A DNA stretch of 64,000 nucleotides from Eledone cirrhosa (lineage: Eukaryota). The notes under the pieces are model-generated. The model did no database searches, was not told the origin of the DNA, and saw only the letters and a list, made by a program, of their open reading frames with translations. Below are positions 54,497 to 64,000 of the stretch, piece by piece. Location: positions 40,300,001 through 40,364,000 of the forward strand of contig OZ024740.1 of the NCBI GenBank assembly GCA_964016885.1. Reading direction: 5' to 3'. Each line of letters opens with the position of its first letter. Positions within the stretch are counted from its first letter, which is position 1. Made by a program: the position numbers and the translations under genes.

Positions 54497-57047
54497 GTAA
54501 ACGAAGAACTAACTAACTTGCTTTAAAAGTTTTGATCAGATATTCTTATATTTCCTTCTTTGACCTTTAGATAGTACACGTGTATCATTTAGTCCTAATT
54601 TATAGCACTTTATTGCAATATTTGTTGACAATATTTTAAACCTTACCTGGCAGTCACCCAGGTGTTATTTTAACCCTTAAACTCTTTCACTTTATTTTGT
54701 GAAAGGATGGAATTGATTTCTCTTATCAGTTAAAATTAATCATAACCATTTAATACCTTTTTACAAATTTGGATTTTATTTTTCTAATTGGTAAAATTAA
54801 TTACAGTAATTTTATAATTAGTAAAGTATTAATGAAAATTGCATTATCTGATTAATTTTTGAGAAACATTCAATTTTTTTCCCAGTCTTTAAATGTTTAA
54901 TTATTTCACGAATATTAATGACAATTCGATCTGATGTAATCATTTAAGATCTTAATCAGCAACAGATAAACCACATTTAATGGAGAACTTATTAACATTT
55001 ATTTTCTTAATTAAGTATAACCCTGAAATTTTAAAACGATAAAACTACGAATCACACTAATTACAAATTACTAGTAAATATGGTATTTAGTTAGAGTGAC
55101 TACAAATCTATGTTGGCACTGAATATATTACTTTTTGTCTCGTTAACATTTTGTTGGCTCCACATTTTTAACTACTACTTAAAATTGAAACAAACGTTTG
55201 TTTGTTTTTTCTTTTATCAATAAAATAAAATAGAATCTATGGCACGGAAGAGAAAGCACTGTCTTTTGGGTTAGAAATGTAGCAGTAAACACATGATTCC
55301 AATAACGAAGATAGTTTTCTCTCTAATGAAAGAAATTCTGTGTAGTCTCAAATCATACCCTACTCTCTTAAAAAACGTGGGATGAATACATTTAATAATG
55401 TAATCCTAGGTATACTATGGTGGGGGAAAATATAATGATCATAGCTTTGATTAAAGCTTGCCTGGGGGCTAAATAATAGTAATTTTAAACTGGAATACCA
55501 GGTAGTTTAATTTTTCGTTTTAAAACGAACTACAGCTATGCCTTAAGGATGTTGTTGAAACCTCGTTTCAACATAGGTCGGATCAAGTAGTCTTATGGTC
55601 AAAACCCTATTCCAGTTGTGACAATCCCAACTTTATCTTGGGCAGAATGAAGAAGATTTCACTCTTATTTCTACCATGTAAAAAAATCCTGACTTTATCT
55701 TAGGCTGAGTGAGGGAGATTTCACTCTTATTTCTAGCATGTCAAATGACCGTGCAGAGGCTTGCTCCTTCGTTGACTATTGTAGATAGAGAAACAGAGAA
55801 GGCCTATGATATATATATTTAAAAAAACATTCTTATAATTATTCCGTCCCTTCTGTGATCCAGATCTATATTTAAGAGACCTATACCATCGTTCACCTAA
55901 TCAATACCCACACAGACATCTTATATGTCCATTTCTATGTGTGATTTGAGGGAGACTTGTCTACCATTTTTAGCAGGTCCAGTAACCTCGTAGACTCACC
56001 GTGTGTGTTAAATTATTGGTTATATTTGTTTGAGAACTTTGTATCTAATAAGTCTACTTATGTAATAGAAATATGTAATTGCGTAATATGAATTGTTGGG
56101 GCGCACAAACTTTCATTCAACGATCTCGATTTATAAAGAGTTAATAGACACAAATAATAATAGCTATGAGGATTTGCCTTTTTTAATTATTCATATTGGT
56201 ATCGATAGTTTTTGTAACTTCAAGGAATTTGTGATAGTCAACAACGTTATATAATGGTATCGATAGTCCTTGTCAAGGAATTTGATAGTCGTATAGTAAA
56301 AAACATGATATAATGACTGTTGAAGATCGAAACAGGTCTCCAACTCGGCTCTACAGCATCTCCTCAATTCTACAAGCATTTTCTTCCCAAACTTTCTCTA
56401 CCTCTATCAACCATGAGCCCCTACGTTGTCACTTGACATACTAGAAATAACAGCCAAATCTCACTTAAGTCCTTTTCCACTGTCTTAAATGGCATGTTAA
56501 ATATTTGTTGTCCTCAAATCACTACACATCGATAGAGGATGAGATGGTCACAGTTGAAACGTCTTAGATTTTGATCATAGATCTGCTCGATGTGTGTCTA
56601 TTCTGGGGCCCCAAAACACCTTAGACCAGGGGTTTTCAGCAGTTTTTCTTCTTTTGTAATAACCCCTTTCTGCTTCTTTAATTTTTATGACATGATCATG
56701 GCCATGTTGGAGCACTGCTAGTACACCCAGTACACTTTGTAAAGTAGTAGTGCTGATGCCATGATAGAATATACCCAGTACAATCTGTAAAGTGGTAGTG
56801 CTGGTGCCATGATATAATACACCCAGTATAGTGTAAAGTGGTAGAGCTGGTGTCATGATAGAATGCACCAAGTACACTCTGTAACGTGGTGGCGCTGATA
56901 CCACGATACAATGCATCTAGCTCTCATTAGAAATACAGCAACAAAAAGATTAACAACGCGGGTTGAATAAGAAGGGATTCTATTCATTGTACTTTTGTTT
57001 TATGTTTATTGTATTTTTTTTCACAAATGTAATAGGGTTTTTTCCAG

Positions 57048-57171
57048 GCCAGCCCCTCTTCCAGCTCCTGTACACCCTCAACCATCAGCTGTTGCACCGG
57101 CACCTCAACAACCTGGACTTTTTAAACAAATGGCTGCAACAGCTGCAGGTGTGGCTGTAGGCTCCGCTGTT
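57048..57171 (+). CDS. CHCHD2: CHCHD2/CHCHD10-family exon 2
   Basis: ...[22 protein letters not shown], the conserved hydrophobic helix; ttttccAG / GTGAGT. Confidence 0.95.
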
Positions 57172-59213
57172 GTGAGTAGTTTTTTTTCTTCTTCTTTGCC
57201 CACTTATTCCTGGTAAGGTCATTTGGGCAGAGCCCTTAGGCATGCCTTCCAGCGGGTCCTGTCACAGGCAACTGTCTCCAATTGATCCAGCTGGATCATC
57301 AAATGAGACCAGCTGAGCTCATGGATGTTAGACCATCAGATAAAATGCTATTACAGTATTTGCTCTGTCTCTTTATGCCCTGGTCAACCTTCCTTTCATC
57401 CTTCAGTGGGCAATAAAATACTAATCAAGAACTGGGGTTGATTTAATCAACTTTGCCCATCCCCCTAAATATTGCTTAACATGTATCTCTCGCTAATTCT
57501 TTATTCCCTTTTCTAGTATTTGTGATGTCAGACTTTGTATTGCTTCTCCCTATGTTACACTAGATGGTGACCTTGGCATTTCTCAGGAAGAAAATTTTGT
57601 CAATTTCCATGTTTTCAATTCCCCTATCGCCTTTAAATCTTAACCTTAAATTCTAACTGCAAACTCTAAAACCCATAGCTTAAATCTTCACTCACTTTAA
57701 ACCCTAACTATAAACACTAACCCCATAGCTTATATCTTGACCCACCCTCTCTCTACCTGCTATGGTGGAGCGCAGGTCATTATATTCCTACCTGAACAGA
57801 ATAAACAGAAACTATCATATCAAATTGTATATATAATTTAAGTACATAACTAAACTATAATGAAATAAGGAGTGCAAGACTGCGTACGGTTTATTTCTTT
57901 TAATCCAGTTAGTAAAATAACGCGAGTCTACGACTCTGTTAATTTATTTTGATATATCGCTCCTTATAACAGTCTTCTCTCTTTCTGTTTGGTAAAGCAC
58001 TCTTCTTTGAGTGGTTTTGGGCTGCGATTTCTAGCCGCTCATTCCACCCAGGCCACTGGTTTACTGTCTTTTGCACGTATTCACTTCTCTCTACCACATG
58101 TTGTCTGGAATGTACTCACTTAACACACACTGATGAACCTGGGTGTCTTCATTCCATTCACTAATCTTTTGGCGAAACAAATCTCTTTGTGTTTGTATGT
58201 GTGTGATTTATAGTTATAAAGGTGGGTAAATTCATTTTGATTTATATTTCTAATTATTATGTGTCTACCTCACCTTTCGTAGTTTATAGATTCCATACAC
58301 TGGTGGTTTTCCCTGTATATTGATAAACACACACTCTCTCTCTCGTGTATTATCTTTTCTACATATATATATATATATACATACATACACACACACACAG
58401 GCAGGGAACTAACAAAGTTGTTAGAATATTGGATAGAATGATTTGTGATATTCGGCTCTCTGCATTCAGTGTTCAAAACCTACTGAGGTCAACTTTGCCT
58501 TTCATCCTTTTGAAGTCGATAAAAAAAGGACCAATCCAATACTGGGGTTAATTCTTCCTCTATATCTCTCACTTCCGGTCTATCATTATTTCTCCTTCTG
58601 TACAAGAAATTGCCTGTGTCCAGACATGGAGAGGAGATGGGCTCAACCAAGTTTAAAGTACTCAAGACACACCGTATGTCATTACAGCACCCTTTTAACT
58701 CTACCAGGAGTTACATATATACATGCATATACACACACACACAGAAGACAGATTTCTCCAGGTTTTACTCACAAGATATTAGTCAACCCAAGGCAATGGT
58801 AAAATCCTCAGTACTGAACAGTGTAAGTCATGTCTGTGACCATATTGTAATGGCATGAAAGTTGAGAAATTATGGGCTTGGATCTTTAATTCATGAGAAA
58901 AAATACTTATGAGAGCAAGAAACTACAAATTGAAAGGTTTTTGTGTTGGAGAATTAAAATTTGCAGGTAAATGTTAATATTAGCAACAATAAAACAAATT
59001 AAGTTAGTTATTTGGAAGTGAATTATATATATTTACATATGTTTCTATAGTTGTACGTATTAATAAATTTTCATTTGCTGAAAAAAAAATCTTTTAGGGA
59101 AAATTCAGTTGAGACAGTCAGTGTAGGGTAGTATTATTTGTAACTCTTTTGATACTGATTGGAACTGACTCTAGTTTTACACTACAAAACTGTTTGTTTA
59201 CATTTATCTAATA

Positions 59214-60165
59214 CTAGCATTAAAGCCCGGCGTTGCTCGGGGTCAGTAAGTTACCAAAGTTAGGTTGCACCACCCATTTTATGGCAGCACTTTTTTGTCT
59301 GCCAGGCACTGGGTGAATGAATTGCAGACCTGGACTGCCGAAGCAGGAGCTGCGCCAGCAGTGACAATTGTAGTTTCGCCTATGGATATTATCTCTGTGC
59401 AAAGAAGTGTTGAAATTTATTGTTTCACAGTACTTGCACAACACTCGCATAGACGATGCCAGCCGAACAACAGAGCTGCGATAGAGTTGTTCTGCATGGT
59501 TGTCTAATGTGTGTTTTCTAAATTTAAGTCAGTAGGGAGGGGTGTGATATGGGGGAGAGTTAGCTGCTGTTTCTAGCAGGTTTAGTGACCTCATAGATGA
59601 TATGTTTTCTAAATTTAAGACAGTAGGGAGTGGTGTGATATGGGGGAGAGTTAGCTGCTGTTTCTAGCAGGTTTAGTGACCTCATAGAGGATATTATGTA
59701 TAGTAAATGAAGTGATACTTCTTTCTTCCACGTTCGTTGATAGATGTTTTAAAAAAAATTTATCGCTATTTTTTTGTTGTTGAATAAATTTATCTGTTGC
59801 TTTTGAATGATTGTTGTTTCGTATGAAATGTAATAAGTTCTCTTTGTCATTGAAGTAAATAAATGTTTGACTGTTCCACACTCAAAAACAAACGTTCCCT
59901 CTCTCTCTCTCTCTCTTAAAGTTTAAAGGGAGTAGAGAGAGGAAATCGGATTGTACTAGAGGGGTAAAGCGTCATGTATTTAGTTTTATCGATTATTTCC
60001 GTAATTGTGGGTGAGTGTGAATGAAATAAATAGTCGTTGACCTAAGTTAGACCATTTACAACATTCTTACAGACTTTGAGTCGAATCGGTTTGAAATTGT
60101 GCAAATGTATAAACATGGAACATGCACACACACACACACAACAACAACAATCTGCCTTTTATAGA
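59214..60165 (-). mobile_element. Non-autonomous Helitron in CHCHD2/10 intron 2
   Basis: Same CTAG + CCCGGCGTTGCTCGGG hairpin end as 26322; opposite end ...TTTTATAGA. Confidence 0.65.
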
Positions 60166-61020
60166 TAATGATACCTTCCATCATAAGTTGATATAAGAAA
60201 TTTTGTTAAGTTTTGTTCCAAACACCATCTAAACTATAATAAAGTAAGGAGTGTGGGACTGCGTCCAGAATATATTTTTTATCCCGTTTGTAAAATAAGT
60301 TGGATTACTTTGAATAAATAATTGTTTCTTCTTTTGGCACAAGGCCAGCAATTATATCAGTGTATTACTGGTACTTTATTTTATCGACCCCGTAAGGATG
60401 AAAGGCAAAGTTAACCTCAGCGGGAATAAATAATGAATGAATATTACATAATTTATCTACTAAATTTCGTAACTGTTGATTAAATATATATAATTTTGTT
60501 ACTTATTTTAAGATTCACTTCTTTAAAATTTTCAAATGTCAACACTTCCGGTTAGCAATCGCTTAAATAAACATTCATATATTTCCGTCACTAATTTTCT
60601 CCTAATGCAGTTTATATATAATATCGTCTTTTTTTAATGTATCATGGATTATGTTACTGATTACATAAGACAGTGTAACGCAGTCTTCGTTCAATTTCTG
60701 TGTATATTGTCAATTATGATTTTATTTCATGTATCATATCTACATGTATATATACTTGCGTATAATATCAATATGCACACTACACATGTTAGCAGAAAAC
60801 CACCCGAAGGGTGGTTTTTCTGCTAGTCTCAATAATGAGGGAGTTAGTTACATTACTAAATACCTCCAAATTCAATATAATTTGAATATAATAGGCTGTT
60901 GCATCAGCTTAGAACTCTAGTAAGTTAAGATCACAGTGTTGTTAACTTGTAAATAAGATTTACTGACTTTTGTAAAATGATTGTAAAATCTGGATGATTT
61001 CTTCCTCATGTTTTTTCTAG

Positions 61021-61249
61021 GGACATACAGTTGGACATGCTTTAACTGGTGGAATAGGAGGCTCAGGAAATGAAGTTGGGGCACAGCCAGCTCCCCTTGA
61101 ACCAGTACAATCTTCCTCTGCAGGATCAGCATATGCAAACCCATGTGAATTTGAAATCAAGCAATTTATGGAATGTGCACAAAATCAAAATGATATCAGT
61201 TTATGTTCAGGATTTAATGAAGCTATTAAGTTATGCAAGCAACAAAATG
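61021..61249 (+). CDS. CHCHD2: CHCHD2/CHCHD10-family exon 3 (CHCH domain)
   Basis: GHTVGHALTGG...PCEFEIKQFMECAQNQNDISLCSGFNEAIKLCKQQN: twin CX9C; ttttctAG / GTAAAT. Confidence 0.95.
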
Positions 61250-61426
61250 GTAAATATTAGCCTTTCTGATATGAAACCATTTGTTTTAAAGTGTTTATAC
61301 GTAAATTTAAACCTTCCAACGTAATTTTATGCCACACAATTTTATGTTTCAAACGCCCCCGTTTCTCATATGTGTGAATAACAGCAAACACTTCCTCTGG
61401 TGACAAAGTTAAGTTTTCTCTTTTAG

Positions 61427-61434
61427 GACATTGA
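61427..61434 (+). CDS. CHCHD2: CHCHD2/CHCHD10-family terminal coding exon (G-H-stop)
   Basis: Polypyrimidine tract + AG at 61425-61426, phase 1 gives GGA CAT TGA; total CDS 396 nt (131 aa); AATAAA at 61466-61471. Confidence 0.65.
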
Positions 61435-61544
61435 TAATAATGCAGTTAATATTTCTGTTGCCAATAATAAAAATTAAATTAAGACTTATTTTATGTAAAC
61501 AAATTCTATGCCCTAGTGACAAAAACAATTGGCCAGATATAAAA

Positions 61545-62090
61545 TTGAAGAGACTAAACTGGAAAATCATTGGGACTATGTCTATTGTTAGGTGTAGACT
61601 GGAACTGTGGAAAATTACCAATACTGTGTCTATTGTTGGGGAGACTAAATTGTAGAAAACGTCCAGAGCTGTCTATTGTTGGGGAGACTGGAATTGTGGA
61701 AAATGACCAGGACTGTGTCTATTAGGTGTAGACAGGAACTGTGGTAAACTACCAGGTCTGTGTCTATTGTTGGGGAGACTAAACTGGAAAACTACCAAGA
61801 CTGCCTATTATAGGGCGGTGGGTTGGCAGTATCGGTAGAGCGTCAGACACCATGCTTTGCAGCATAATTATGGCCCTTTGCGTTCTGAGTTCAAATCCGC
61901 TGAGGTTAACTTTGCCTTTCATCCTTACGAGGTCAATAAACTAAAGTACCAGTGATGCACTGGGGTAATTGCTGGCCTTGTGCCAAAAGTAGAAACTCTA
62001 TTATTGGGGAAAAACTACCAGGATTGTGTCTATTGTTGGGGAGACTAAACTGTGGAAACTCCTCAGGACTGTGTCTATTGTTAGGTGCAG
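61545..62090. repeat. about 43-45-bp minisatellite interrupted by a SINE
   Basis: Unit like GTGTCTATTGTTGGGGAGACTAAACTGTGGAAAACTACCAGGACT. Confidence 0.85.
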
Positions 62091-64000
62091 ACTTAATACA
62101 TCACTTGACGGTTTTATGTGAAGTTCACTCTGTTACAACTATGCTGGTCGGCCCAAACAAAAAGCATCCAGTCCATCCTGTAAAGTGTTCATACTGGTGC
62201 TACAACAAAAGCTCCCAGTACATACAATGAAGTGGTTAGTATATCATAAGAGAACAACTTATGATGATATTGTTTTCAACTATATTACATGGCTAAAATT
62301 TCAAATATGGGAAGTAAGGTATCTGTATCTGGTTTAGAATTGGTACACCATATCTCTATCGGTCGAGGTGACTAAAAGTGTTGGCACCAGGAAGGACATC
62401 CAGCCATAAAACATTACTTCAAAAAGGACCTCATGATGATGAGTATAAAATATGAAGTACCTTCTCTTATCAAAACTCAAGATGGGGGACATGATCGAAA
62501 TTACTGGTCTTGTATTTAATTTGGAAATCATTATTTGGCAGTTTCGGTAGAGGGTCGGACGCCATGCTTTGACGTATAGAGTTACGGCCCTTGCCATTCT
62601 GAGTTCAAATCCCGCCGAGGTTTACTTTGCCTTTCATCCTTACGGGGTCGATAAAATAAAGTACCAATAATGCACTAAGGTAATTGCTGGCCTTGTGCCA
62701 AAAGTAGAAATAGTTATTTACTCTATATTTTGATGATACTAAAAACGATTTAAATGTGGGTTCTTTCTAACTACTATCAGTTAGATTTAGTTTTGGTGTT
62801 TATGAAAATCTAAATAAAAATACATTTTCTAAATGATAGTACTGATTTATTATTTCAGAAAAGAGACTTTTAAAAAATGAAAAGTGATGAAGAAAGTATT
62901 ATGATAGGGTAAAAGAAAATTGATAAACTTGTTCTTTTCTTTTTTGTTATATTCACAAATTATAGTATTTTTTTGTGAAATCTCAATATTTCTACACATA
63001 TATCTGACACCACATTTGGTAATTTCATCTGTATTTACTACTGGTTGTTATGGAAACAAATATCGTATAATCACCACCTTCAATATAACTGCAGTCATGT
63101 AATAAAATAAACTAGCTGGCCCCATGGTAATTCTACACTTGTTGAAAATTAAGGCACAATAATTTCTCTGATATATACTTATTTCATCATTGTAGCGTAA
63201 GACCATTAGTTGTCATTATTTTATTTAATATAATGGATTTTAGTGATAGAGTAGTTAATAAACAAGGAAAAACTAACAAAAACAACTTAATTTCCTTGTC
63301 CTAGAGAATGTAATATATAACTGTCCATGATTAAACACTGGTTGTGGTAAGTAAATCCATCTTATTAACTGTTTTATTAACATTGAATAAGGTCATCTAA
63401 CAGAAAACTGAGTCTCTTGTTAAAGTTACAGTTTAATAGATGACAGTTAACTGCATTAAAGTACATGTTAAATAATTTTAAAAAATTATATTATTAAAAT
63501 ATACAACAGGTTTAATGTATAATGTAAGAGATGGATAGATGTATATTTTGGGTCTGTTAGGAATTAGTAAAATACACTAATTATAAAAAATAGGTTTAGT
63601 ATAAGAGATAGATAGATGTATGTTTTGGGTTAGGAATTATTAGTAAATTATTCAACAGGTTATAAGAAACTAGTCCACCCGTGACCTGTTGGGTCACGTT
63701 CACTTAAAAATATTTTTTAAATAATTAAAATATACACAGACATGTATATAATCATCATCCCATTTTACGTCCATTCTTCCACGCTAGCATGGGTTATACG
63801 GGTTGTCCTGTTGTGGGCAATGCCAGGTTGAGTGACCATGTCTTGCTTGTTCAAGGACTGATTTTGGCTTCATTTCTAGAGCTGGATGCCCTTCCTAACA
63901 CCAACCTCATTTACAGTGAGGACTGGGTGCTTTTTTCTCATGATACCTCCACGACCACTTTGCAGTGGGAGAGGGTAGGAGCATACTGTCTATATGCTTA

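Noticed and set aside
58125-58195. Sense-strand hammerhead in CHCHD2/10 intron 2
   Set aside because: CTGATGA...GAAA is present but stem II is poor and the cleavage triplet would be GUG, which is not cleavable.

Overview
AT-rich, microsatellite-laden animal genomic DNA; the SINE families and repeat landscape suggest an octopus/cephalopod (inference). Two spliced host genes, largely missed by the ORF track, are divergently oriented: ROGDI (minus strand, exons 19459-19497, 14154-14225, 2380-2428, continuing off the window start) and a complete 4-exon CHCHD2/CHCHD10-family gene (plus strand, 54462-61434, 131 aa, twin CX9C). The rest is mobile DNA: a nearly intact RTE-clade LINE whose RT carries an inserted PHD-type Cys/His finger, degenerate RTE and CRE-type LINE fragments, a 5'-truncated Tx1/L1-clade LINE, non-autonomous Helitrons, solo-LTR-like repeats, about 14 tRNA-derived SINEs and several minisatellites. 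The most striking structure is at about 22-42 kb: a dense cluster of Penelope-like element (PLE) termini arranged as fold-back palindromes (0.2-4.3 kb) embedded in (TA)n tracts. The window carries about 15 type I hammerhead ribozyme motifs of many unrelated sequence families, mostly in this cluster and most with self-complementary stem III. All calls were made by eye; no searches were run.
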